This document shows, piece after piece, positions 13,127 to 24,121 of a DNA stretch of 64,000 nt. The position numbers and the translations under genes are program-made. This stretch comes from Octopus vulgaris (taxonomy: Eukaryota): positions 43,338,001 to 43,402,000 of the forward strand of contig OX597831.1 in assembly GCA_951406725.2 (NCBI GenBank). The letters are read 5' to 3'. Positions within the stretch are counted from its first letter, which is position 1. The number at the start of each line of letters is the position of its first letter. The notes under the pieces were generated by a model. The model ran no database searches. It saw only the letters and a program-made list of their open reading frames with translations, and was not told where the DNA came from.

Positions 13127-15841
13127 TCAGGTGTAGTGTTGGCGAATCTCAGGAAGCATGGAAGTTTTGAAGGATGCAGTGCTCCGACAACTAACAACTG
13201 ATGCCGGCAGTTTATTCCATGCTTCAGCAACTCTTAGCGTGAAAAATTGTTTCCGAAAGTCATGGGAGCTGTGCTGTTTTCTGACTTTGTAAACATGTTC
13301 ACGGATGTTAGACAGGTGCAGTTTGAAAAGGTGCAAAGAGTTATTGTTTGTAAGATGGTTAATAACTTTATGGGTGTCTGCCAAGTCAGCTGCCAGACGT
13401 CGAGTTTCAATGTGTCCATGCCCAGGGAAGTAAGGCGTTCAAAATATGGCAAGTGCCTGATGGAGGGTATTCTCTTGGATGCACGTCGCTGAACGGCTTC
13501 CAGACGATTAATATCCTGGGCAAGATAGGGGTTCCAGACCGGTGATGCAAATTCCAGATGAGGTCGTACCATAGCTATATAAAGCCGCAGATAGATAGCC
13601 GGGGAGCAGCTCACAAAGGACTTGGTGAATGATGCCAATACACCCTCTGCCTTCTTGGCAATTTTAGCGAAGTGTTTTGTCCAACGCAAATCGCTGTCGA
13701 CAATAACACCCAGGTCGCGTTCACACGAAGACTTTTTGAGATTAGTGTTGTGGAGGGAGTAAGTAGAAGCTGGGTTTTTCCTCCCAAAAGGCATGGTGGT
13801 ACATTTGTCCACAGCCAGCTTGAGTTGCCAGTCCATGATCCACTGCTGCATTGTGTACAGGATCTGACCTCTAATTCGAGGTACAGCTTGATGTCATCTG
13901 CATATTTCAGCACTGTGGTATTCTTTAAGTTGGCATCTATGTCACTAATATATGCAACAAGCAAAAGGGGATCAAGAACAGATCCCTGTGGTACACCAGA
14001 TGTCATCTCATAGGGTGAAGAGTGCTGTCCTAGAACTGTGACAACCTCTTTTCGGCCGATAATAAAGGACTTCAACCAGTTATAGTGATCGTCTCTTACA
14101 CCCAACGCAGAGAGTTTCACCAAAAGTCTTTTGGGTGGAACAGAGTTAAAAGCCTTAGCAAAGTCCAGGTAAACAACATCCACTCAGGATCCGCGATCAG
14201 TGATTTGGGTAATGTCCTCAAGAAACTCGATGAGTTGATTACAGCTCATCGAGTTTCTTCAGGAATAAATCCAAATTGTGACGGCTGGATGAGGCTGTGA
14301 GACTTCCAGAAGTTCCAGAAGGTTTCCCTGACACAGGATTCCATCAGTTTTGCGATGCAGCTAGTAAGTCTAACTGGACGATAGTTGACAGGCGATGTGC
14401 GGTCACCTTTTTTGAACAGAGGGATAACACTGGCAGTTTTCCACTGCTCTGGAGTAACACCATTGTCAAGACAGAATTGGAAGAATAGAGAAAGTTGGTT
14501 TTGAAGAAAGTACCCACCGCGTTTGAGAAGTAGGTATGTAACACCATCGGAACCAGGAGAGGCATAGTTGCGTTTATTCTTAAGGTGGCGTTGCAGCATT
14601 GATGGTGTAGATTTCATAGTAGATATAGAGTCCGGTGTCAGAGGTGATGAAGATGGAACCTTTTGATCTTCGACAGTAAAGATGCCTGCATAGCATCCAG
14701 CAATGATTTCTATACATTCTTTGGGATTGCCAGTAATCTGTCCTGTGTGGGGATTGCGAAGGGGACCAACTGGAGAGTGAGGTCTCTGCTTTGAGTGTAC
14801 ATACTTCCAGAACACTTTGATGTCAGGGTTGGTTGCTATGCGTTGTTCGAATTCAAACACTGCCTTTTTTGTCAGCTGCTTGAGGTGGTTGGCTGATCTA
14901 TTGCGCCTTTTCCTGTTGATCTCTGATTTGTGCAATTTGTATTCCTGTTCAGCATTACGGCGTCCTTTCCTGGCAAGTCGGACTGCTGCAGTTTCCCAAA
15001 TTGCACTATTGGGTGGTTTTTTGTGCTTGCGTTGTACTGATACTGCACATGCCGCCCATATTGAATTCAGAATGTTCTGAAGTATTGTGTTCACATCTCC
15101 AGAGGCATAAAATTCGAGCCAGTTTGGGCGTTGCATCTCAGTACAATAAGAGCTCCAGTCTGCTTTATTCCAGTCAAAGCAGGCAGTTTGAAGATGGTTG
15201 TGGTTTTTGTTACAACCAATCAGAGACAAGTCGGCCATGATCATGGAATGATCAGAGTCACCTAAAGGTTCTTCAGTAGTGACACTAATAATTGTTTCAG
15301 GAGAAGCGGTAAGTAGCAGATCCAAAGTGTTGTTACCCCTTGTGGGGGAGGTAACGACTTGGGACGAATTTGAATTCAGCACCAGTTCAAGGAAATCGTC
15401 TGCACTTTGCAGCCAACGGAAAGCCTTCCAGTCAATCTCAGGGAAATTGAAGTCCCCCGCAATATAAATATAAGTGGCTGTTTTCATGGCAGCAGCTCTG
15501 AGGATATCAAAAAGTTGTGTGTCTTGACGATAATTTGAGGGGCGGTAAATAACTCCAAGCAGAAGGGTCATGTGTATATCGCAGAAAAATACTTCCTGCT
15601 GAGATTGGTTCGAATCATCACAAGGGATTGACAATAGATTTGATCGAACATAAACCATTACGCCCACTCCACGGTGATTAGTGCAGTCTTTGCGGAACAG
15701 GTTGTAGCCGGCTACGCTGAAAACCCCACCACAGAGTGCAGAATTTGCCCATGTTTCCGTGACTGTGATGAAATTTGGGTCGATACTTTTGACGTAAGAG
15801 TCAAAAAGATGTACCTTGTTGCATAAACTACGGGCATTCAA
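13127..15841 (-). pseudogene. LINE ORF2 (APE endonuclease + reverse transcriptase), frameshifted into at least four pieces
   Basis: Endonuclease motifs NARSL, VTETW, GDFN, RGNNTLDL, GDSDH; RT motifs YRPV, QFGF, YLDFAKAF, GVPQGSVL, YADD, RPHLEFASPVWNP. Confidence 0.93.
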
Positions 15842-16355
15842 GGACAGCAGTTTGTATCTGGATTTCAGATGATGATATACAGGGGATGGCTGATTGTTCT
15901 TGGTTAGTTTCCCAAGGTTTTGTATTGCCAGTTGTTGTTGTGGGTGCAGTTTGCTCAGTCCAACTGGTATCCCTTATCCACGACTCACCAGACTTGATAA
16001 ATTTCCATATTTGCCCATCATCGCGTAGGCTAAAGCTTTCTTGTGGCACAGAGTTGCGATTTAGGGTAGCTACAGATCTTAGCTTTAGGCGTACATCAGG
16101 TGGTAGGCCAGGACGCGTCCTAAAGGTGATTCTGTTTTCGCGCCGAGCCCTATCAGCAGCCTGAAGGTATGCCCGCGCCTCAGTAGAGTTTGAAAACATC
16201 AGCCTGGTCAGTCTGGGTTTTGATCTTGGTCGGCCAAGGCGGAAAGCACTTTTTGGAGGAACACAGCTGTGGTCCTAAGAAGTGTTTCCAGTGAAAGCCT
16301 GCAGATCTACCACATCGTCCGGCAATCCGATGGCAATTACCTCATGAGTGGATGA

Positions 16356-16645
16356 TGTGGGATGACGTCAGCAGCCGGACGTCAGCAGCGGGGTGCGTTG
16401 ACCGGAAGCTGGGGCAAGCGGAAGGGGTCAGCTGTCAAGCGTGCGCAGGGGGCGGAAATTGACCTTTCAACGTGGGTCGTGCTGGTGACAAGACGTGCGA
16501 GGACGACGCTAAGGGTTTGGGGCTAGCAGCTGCTATCGTTAGTTTCGGGTAGGGGCTGTGAGGAAGGACCAGTCATCTCTGGAGGATCTCCGTCACCACG
16601 AAGAGAAGGTAGGTGCCTCTATATTCAAATCGCACACTCACTAAA
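16356..16645 (+). repeat. 5' LTR (290 bp)
   Basis: Starts TGTGGGATGACGTCAG; differs from the 3' LTR at three positions seen (T/C, a 1-nt indel, CTAAA vs CTACA end). Confidence 0.95.
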
Positions 16646-16657
16646 AGCTATTTCGGC
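16646..16657 (+). promoter_or_regulatory. Putative non-canonical primer-binding site complementary to tRNA-Phe nt 1-12
   Basis: AGCTATTTCGGC abuts the LTR; its reverse complement GCCGAAATAGCT equals the 5' end of metazoan tRNA-Phe(GAA) as recalled. Confidence 0.65.
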
Positions 16658-16690
16658 AGTTCGTAAACATTCTCATTTTTTTTCAACACG

Positions 16691-17455
16691 ATGTCTGCAA
16701 AAATTAGGATCGGCAGTGACATCGTCAGACCTTTTAACGGCGAAGGCGATGTAGTGGCCTGGATTCGGAAAATCAGGCTGGTGGCGAGACTGCAGGGCAT
16801 AAGCGACGTGGCGAGTCTTATGGCGCAGTATTTGGAAGGGAGTGCGTTGTCGCTTTACCTAGAGATGGACGAAGAGGAACGGCTCTGCGATGAGAATATA
16901 GAGCGGCGCTTGTGTGACGCATACACGGAATGCGAGTACACAGCTTTCGCTAAGCTAGGCGCAATCAGGTGGACGGGAGGCCAGGTGGATGATTTTGCAT
17001 CGGAAGCTAGAAGGCTAGCGACTCTGGCCGGGTTTGCCGGAGAAGGACTGGAGAGAGCAGCCCGACTGGCGTTCGTGAATGGGTTCCCCGACGTTGTAGG
17101 GATTCACCTACAACGACTGCCCGGGGTCAAAAAGATGCCATTGAGCGAACTTGTAGCTCATGCTCGCGCGTTGACGAGACACTCTGGGCGGAAGGCGATA
17201 GCGATGGCGGTGACGGAGGCGCGTAAAGACGGACGACGTCCCGAGAAAGAGGTACAGAAGCTCACCGTGCAACGAGAGCGGCCATTCTCAGGACGGTGTT
17301 TTAGATGCCAGGGACCGCACATGGCGCGGGACTGTACGCAGCCGGGGCCCGTTTGCTATCGATGCAGGCAGACAGGGCACATTGCCCGTGATTGCGGCCA
17401 GGGAAACGACCGCGGGGAAGTTGCTGCCTCTCGAACTTTCCCCTCAAACGAGTAG
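16691..17455 (+). CDS. gag: Gag with two zinc knuckles
   Basis: 254-aa open frame; CFRCQGPHMARDC and CYRCRQTGHIARDC. Confidence 0.9.
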   Translation: MSAKIRIGSDIVRPFNGEGDVVAWIRKIRLVARLQGISDVASLMAQYLEGSALSLYLEMDEEERLCDENIERRLCDAYTECEYTAFAKLGAIRWTGGQVDDFASEARRLATLAGFAGEGLERAARLAFVNGFPDVVGIHLQRLPGVKKMPLSELVAHARALTRHSGRKAIAMAVTEARKDGRRPEKEVQKLTVQRERPFSGRCFRCQGPHMARDCTQPGPVCYRCRQTGHIARDCGQGNDRGEVAASRTFPSNE

Positions 17456-17459
17456 AGGC
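17401..17459 (+). promoter_or_regulatory. -1 ribosomal frameshift signal (slippery heptamer + H-type pseudoknot)
   Basis: G GGA AAC at 17401-17407 in gag phase; stem 1 17414-17422/17434-17443; stem 2 GCCTCT 17426-17431/AGAGGC 17454-17459; pol lies in the -1 frame. Confidence 0.8.
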
Positions 17460-20261
17460 GCTATTGGAGACGCTGCCATTGATTGACGTGGAGGCCGAGG
17501 GGGAGACGTTCAAGGCCCTTGTGGATACGACCACCCTGGTGACTTCGAGGGTGACGAAGGAATGGAACGGGGTGTGTAGTGTCCGGGCGGTCGACGGCAG
17601 CGAAATCCGTTGCAGAGGCAGCAGCAAGGTAGAGATAGTGGTGCGCGGCGCGACGCTAAGGCTACAGGCAATTGTGGCCGAACGCGTGATAAATGGAGTT
17701 GATGTGGTGATGGGGATGGACGCCATCAACTGCCTCGGTGGCGTCAGTGTTGTGGGAAATGAGGTCACGTTCGGAAGCGTGGGGGCGTCGTGCACTGCGA
17801 GTCAGGATCGCCAGAGGGAGCAGAGCCCCGCGAGGGACTGCGCCGCTTACACCATCGAGGACAAAGACTTTCAGGCGGCGTTCGATGGTCAGCGGTGGAC
17901 GATAGAGTGGAAATGGAAGGACGAGCTCCCGACACTGGAGAACAGGGTGAGCTGTTACCAGCATACCCTGAAAGGCCACGCCAGGGTTGAGTTTGAAGAC
18001 GAGGTGGAGAGGTGGATCGAGGAAGGGGTCCTTGTCCCTTGGAAGGAGGAGGTAGCGGGCGGAGTGCTACCCCTGATGGCGGTGGTGCAGCCTACGAATG
18101 GAAAAGTCAGACCGGTGCTGGACTTCAGGGAGCTAAACCAGCACATATCGTGTCACACGGGAGGTGAGGCGACAGACGTTTGTGGTGAGGCATTACGTAA
18201 GTGGAGACAGTCGACTGAGGCAGCGACGATTGTCGACTTGAGATCGGCATACTTGCAGCTCCATGTGAGCGACAAACTATGGCGATATCAGCTGGTGCGG
18301 TACAAGGGCCGGACGTACTGTCTAACCAGGCTGGGTTTCGGGCTGAATTCCGCTCCGAAGATCATGGCGGCAGTGCTTAGGTCCGTCCTAGGGAAAGACG
18401 GCAAGATTAGAAAGGCCACCAGCTCCTACATTGACGACATTTTGGTGGATGAAACTGTAGTGCCAGCCGACGAGGTAGTTAGACATCTGGAGAAGTTCGG
18501 ACTGATTGCTAAGCCACCGGAGTCGATTGAAGGGGGAGCCGCGCTGGGGCTGAAGCTGCGAAGAGATAGATCAGGTGAATTGGTGTTCCGGAGAGGAAAT
18601 GAAATCCCAGAGCTGAGTTCCAGCGTCAGCAGGAGAGAGCTATTCTCGGTGTGTGGGAAGTTGGTCGGTCACTACCCGATCGCTGGATGGCTGCGCACGG
18701 CGTGTAGCTACACCAAGAGATGAGCAGAAGGAGAGAGGTGGGGCGACAAGGTGGGAGAAGGGACGGTGGCGATGATGCAGGAGATCCTAGAGAGGACAAG
18801 AGCGGAAGACCCGGTCAGGGGGAACTGGTACGTGCCCAAGACGAAATGCGGGACCGTCTGGTGTGATGCTAGCAGTATAGCGATAGGGGTGGTGTTGGCA
18901 ATCGAAGGCACTGCGGTGGAGGACGCGGCCTGGCTTCGGAAAGCAGATGATTTCAACCACATCAATGTCGCCGAATTAGACGCGCTGCTGAAAGGGGTGA
19001 ACTTGGCCTTGAAATGGGGGCTGCGCACGATTGAAATGCGGACGGATTCGGCCACTGTGCTTGGCTGGGTAGGATCGGTGATCACCGGTGACAGGAGAGT
19101 GCGGACGAAAGGTGCTGCGGAGATGTTAGTGAAGCGCCGTCTAGGAGTTCTAGGTGAATTGATCGCCGAATTCGGACTGAAGCTGAACGTGGTTTTCGTG
19201 CCTTCGGAGAAAAACAAGGCGGACGTACTGACCAGGGTGAAAAGGGCGTGGTTGGAAGAACCGGAGGAGGCCCGGAAAGGGATAGCTGCGGCGTGTCGGT
19301 TGGATGACTCTGAACTGAAGAAACTGCACGCTATGCATCACCTGGGTGTGGACAGGACCCTGTATCTGGCAAAAAAAATTGATGCTGACGTCACCAGGAG
19401 AAGCGTCCGGAAGGTGGTCGGGAGCTGCGACAGGTGTCAGTCCATCGACCCTGCTCCGTGTGGGCATGAACAGGGAAGCCTTTCCGTGGAGCAGAACTGG
19501 AAAAGGCTAGCTGTGGATGTGACACACTACCGTCAGCGAATGTACCTCTCCATGGTCGACTGTGGGCCGGGCCGGCTGGCCATTTGGAGGAGTTGAGATC
19601 GGGCATTGCTGACGAGATCGTGCAGATCCTGAACGGGATATTTTTAGAGAGAGGTCCCGTGGAAGAACTACTGATGGACAACGGGGCGGCGTTTCGTTCG
19701 GAAGCATTGAAGGTTATGCTTGATCGGTGGAACGTGCGACGCTTGTTCAGAGCAGCGTATAGGCCGGGCGGTAACGGGATCGTGGAGAGGCACCATCGGA
19801 CAGTCAAGGCCATAGCGGAAACAGGGCACATTTCGCCGCTTGAAGCAGTTTTTTGGTACAACTTGTCTCCCCGATCCGGACAAGCTGAGGAATCTGTGCC
19901 GCAGAGAGCTGTGTTCAAATATGAATGGAGGCACCCGAGCAAAGCGCCGGAGGGTCACGAGGAAGAGAAGGGACCCGTTCGCGTGAAAATAGGAGAGGAA
20001 GTCTGGATCAAGCCACCAAAGGCGCGCTGTACGTCTCAATGGAGCAGAGGAACGGTGACGGCGATCAATTCCAGAAGCAACGTATCCGTAGATGGCACAC
20101 CACAACATGTCTTGGACCTTCGCAGGATTGTTGCTTCGACGGACGATGATTCGGGAGAGGGGGAGAATGAGGAGCCCAGCTTGAGAAGATCTCGACGAGT
20201 AAGGCGCTCTCCCGGTTGGATGGTAGACTACAACATGGAGCGGAGAGATTGTGATCTTTAA
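17401..20261 (+). pseudogene. pol: Pol (protease, RT, RNase H, integrase), disrupted
   Basis: PR ALVDTT (Gly of DTG missing); RT VRPVLDF, DLRSAY, RLGFGLNSAP, YIDD; in-frame TGA 18721-18723; RH WCDAS, ELDA, TDS, ADVL; IN HHCC, AVD, DNG, NGIVERHHR; frameshift near 19590. Confidence 0.92.
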
Positions 20262-20274
20262 GATCAGGGTGGCG

Positions 20275-20565
20275 TGTGGGATGACGTCAGCAGCCGGACG
20301 TCAGCAGCGGGGTGCGTTGACCGGAAGCTGGGGCAAGCGGAAGGGGCCAGCTGTCAAGCGTGCGCAGGGGGCGGAAATTGACCTTTCCAACGTGGGTCGT
20401 GCTGGTGACAAGACGTGCGAGGACGACGCTAAGGGTTTGGGGCTAGCAGCTGCTATCGTTAGTTTCGGGTAGGGGCTGTGAGGAAGGACCAGTCATCTCT
20501 GGAGGATCTCCGTCACCACGAAGAGAAGGTAGGTGCCTCTATATTCAAATCGCACACTCACTACA
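20275..20565 (+). repeat. 3' LTR (291 bp)
   Basis: TGTGGG...CACTACA followed by the TSD GATGA. Confidence 0.95.
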
Positions 20566-23500
20566 GATGATTCAGCAACTTCCTCGATGCGTCGAGGTTC
20601 CGTACGAGCTACAGGTAAGTTGCTGAGCAAGGCACTCTGATACGACCCCTCGCTGTGAGGTTTCGCACAGACGCTGGTTTTGATTCCTGCTATTTCGCGA
20701 CTTAAAGCAGAAATCATTTGTCTAATTTCCGCAACTTCTGTGCTGATGGTCGATTTTTGCTTTAGTTGAGAAGTATCGGGAGAGGAGGGCATGGTTGGCT
20801 TTTATTCCTGCTGGTGTACTTCGACTGGAATGATCAATCTTTGTTGTCGAAGAGCAATAGGGGAGGAAGACACAAGCGGCTTAAGTTTATGTTTTTGTTG
20901 ATGTTCTTCAACAGAAATGGCCGATTTTTTTTTGCTGATGTTGAAGAATGACAGGGGAAGAAGACACGGGCGGCTTTAATTTTTGCTGTTGTTCTTCATC
21001 AACAGGACTGGTTTGGGGAGACAAAGTAGTCAGCTTTTGCTGTTCAGCAGCAATGGCAGCGGAAGACACGGTTGTCGGATTTTGTTGTTGCTGTTCAGCA
21101 TCAATGGTAACAGGGGACACACAAGTCAGGCACTGAAACGACCAGTTTGGTAGCTGGACCATTTCCCAGAGTTTATCCATCATAGAAGTATGGTGTCCTT
21201 TCTTTTGACCTGGGACCTTTTGAAAGTTTGTGGCACTTTGAAAGCAGATCGAAACACATTTACTGCATTCAACCCATGTATTTCGGAAGGAATTTTCGAG
21301 TCTTGTGCATTTGTGAGAAACTATTCGATGACGAATTAACTCATGAATAAAATCTGCGCTTAAATGTTGTCACAAGTTACCTCCCTGACTACTTCATACA
21401 AAATGGAAAACGTGTTGCCCCGACGGATGGAGAGGCAGATGAGCTGAAAAGGCCATTCATCTCACGGGACTTATATTTTCGGACATCTATCCCCGTCTCG
21501 ATATTTGTGGGAAGGGATATGGTCTGGAAGCCAAAAAATGCTGAAAGGCTCCGCTGACACAGGCGTGACCATAAACCTTATATTTTATAAATAATGGATA
21601 GGTACCTAAGCATCTTCTAACACTTTGTCTGATATGCCAAAGTTTATTATAAGGAATTTTAGGCTATAAACTTTCTTCAAGGAACCAACCATACTTGGAA
21701 GCGGAGCAAACCTACAGAATAGAGTGGGAAATTACACAGTATGCTAGAAGAAATTATGCACTTAGATGAGTACTGTTTAAGCATCGCGTATGAAGATACA
21801 AAAGAAGAGGGTTCTTGTCTTTCAGTTTATTCCTATACTCTTTCCGTATTTTCCTAGTTTTAAGTTTACTTTGAAAAATTTTAAACTATGCTTCATAAAG
21901 ATACACTTTTAACAATAAATCACTTAAATAGTTAGGAAAATGTTAAAGTGAAAGATTATTGAGAAGAATCGTGGTAAAATCACCCACATATGCAATCCGT
22001 GTTTTACTGTTTGCGAAATCGCAAGCTACGACGCTTCACTGATATTAATTCCAAGGAATTTTGACTTTTGGCGAGCTGAATAATATCCGACGCTATTCTT
22101 TTCGTATACATTCAATGAAAGATTGTCTCGGTTTGAAAGGAAAATTCTTTAGTACACCTATACCTAAGATTGTGTGTTCATCAGCTTTGATGAACGAACG
22201 AACGAACGAACGTACGTGCGTACGTACGTATGTATGTATGTATGTATGTATGTAGTCAAGCACGTCGGTAGGCATGTATTGAAGCATGTAGGTAGGCATG
22301 TATTTATATAAGTATAAGTGGGCATTCCTACATATATATGCAAATATGCAATCTGTTTCCATATAACTTCCAGAAAAACTGATTTTTACTAATGAAATTT
22401 TCTGCAAATACGCCTCAGATGATGTAGATTCTGATTATGTTGGAATTTCGTGAGAAAACGTTTTCTGTTGGGGAAGAAGTGCTTCACAAAATTTACACTA
22501 GTTGGATTTGTTTTCCCATAACTTTCAGATTAATTGGAATATTTTAATGAAATTTTCTGTAAATACTTTTAAGAATGTGTAAATTACGATTATATTAGAA
22601 TCTGATGTGAAAAAGAAAAGTAAATAATTGACAGCACGCACATATACTGGCAAATATCATTAAAAAAATGTTTTTGTACGAAATTTCATGTTTCAATACG
22701 TAGATATATGTGACGTGTGTCAATACGTGTGTTTATGAGCCCACCAGATTTATTTCTTCATGTTAATATTCGCCATCTACACACTCTGCAATGTATTCAT
22801 AGAAACTTCCTTTGAAAATTACATCTTTACCTGACAATTATAACAGAAAGCCGCCTCGTTTGAATTTTTCGAAACTCATCACGCAAAACCGTTAAAAAAA
22901 ATGTTCACCATACAATATTTCGTTATGATAAGAATCTACAACATCTGAAACATATTTGTAGAAAATTTCATTCAAGAATATCCATTTTCTGGAAGTTATG
23001 ATGCAACGAATTTGTTGGGGGTTGTATGCGCGGTAATATCGAATGTGTGTACATGTACCTCATTCAACGATATTTAAAAGCAAATGTAGTAAACATTGAT
23101 GTGAAAATAAATACAAAAGCCCTATTTCAATTGTTGGTTTATTTGCTTCATTCCGAGTTACATATACTCCCCTCTATTACACATCGTCAGCAATGAAGTG
23201 AAACCAAACCAGCCAATAACCATCGCCGCTAGTCTTTACCAATAACTATAGAAATGCATTTGCTTTTTCACTGTATATTTCCTTCGAGTACACATTTATG
23301 CGATATATGAGTATCCGAACTCTTTGTAAAACTTTCTTTATCAAGGAATAAATGTTCAAATGTACATAAATGTTGTCTTTCTTTAAATGACGACTTTCGG
23401 CAGATTTTGACCGCCATTTCTAGTGAGTATGGTAATGTTCAAGTCGTCGATAGTTTAAAAGTCCTGAAATGAAAATGCGAATTTGTTTGTAATAGTAGCA

Positions 23501-23744
23501 CTTCCATCAAAAGCCATAAACAGAGTGCAACACAAAATATTTCAAACCAGGAAACTATGAGAAGAAAAATAAAAGTTTAGAGAAGCGATAAATAGCAACA
23601 GTACGTGAACGACGGTGTTTATTATTTGGTACGACGGCAATATTCATCCATGAAACAGAGTTGTTCTACAAAAAAACACAAATTATGAGCAAATATCCTA
23701 TACAAATCCACTTCTATATGTAAAATAAGCTAATGGAATTAAAA

Positions 23745-23862
23745 GGAAACATCTGGAACGTTCCAGAAAGCTGTAGCACCTGGTAGAACAATATCGAAAT
23801 GCCTCGTAAACTCTGGTAATGACGTCACAGTGGGAAGGGGGCGTAACTCTCCACTATATATA
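23745..23862 (+). promoter_or_regulatory. HSP70 copy 3 promoter: HSE, CRE/ATF site, TATA box
   Basis: HSE at 23745-23769, TGACGTCA at 23820-23827, TATATA from 23855; nearly identical to the copy 2 promoter. Confidence 0.85.
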
Positions 23863-24121
23863 TGGCATTGCTCACACAGCTTGACAATCAGATTCTACAG
23901 AAGCACGACTGTAAACAACTCGAGACAAGAGTCTCAGCTGCGAAACATTTCATTCAGTTATACATACATTGAAGCAACACTCATTCACATATAATACATT
24001 TATATATTCTACTGGCACAACTGAAATACAAAACAAGACGAGCAAGAGATAAAGAAGAAAGAAAGAATTTCTCAAGTTTTATACTGGACATTTTGAGCGA
24101 ACAATAGAAAAAGGAAGAAGA

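Larger units (their letters stand above)
16356..20565 (+). mobile_element. Full-length compact LTR retrotransposon with Ty3/Gypsy domain order (gag-PR-RT-RH-IN)
   Basis: Two near-identical LTRs, TG...CA outer ends, GATGA target-site duplication at 16351-16355 and 20566-20570, short purine-rich tract before 20275. Confidence 0.96.
12966..21350 (-). mobile_element. Decayed, near full-length LINE (CR1/L2 group), interrupted by the LTR element at 16356-20565
   Basis: ORF1 relic (Cys-rich PHD-like start ~21290-21125, AFRLGRP motif ~16240), ORF2 relic, degenerate (TAA)n-like tail near 12966-12985. 5' boundary approximate. Confidence 0.85.

Noticed and set aside
16646-16660. Tf1-style self-priming site
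   Set aside because: I found no complement (GCCGAAATAGCT) within the LTR.
18721-18723. Programmed read-through or selenocysteine at the pol TGA
   Set aside because: It lies mid-domain and is simply explained by CGA>TGA deamination; the copy has other lesions.
17301-20472. Antisense ORFs in the LTR element as a possible env or accessory gene
   Set aside because: Short, overlapping pol, expected in GC-rich DNA, and with no recognisable motif.
21575-21595. TTATAAATAA as the LINE target-site duplication
   Set aside because: Low-complexity match that overlaps the AT-rich tail; the LINE 5' end cannot be fixed by eye.
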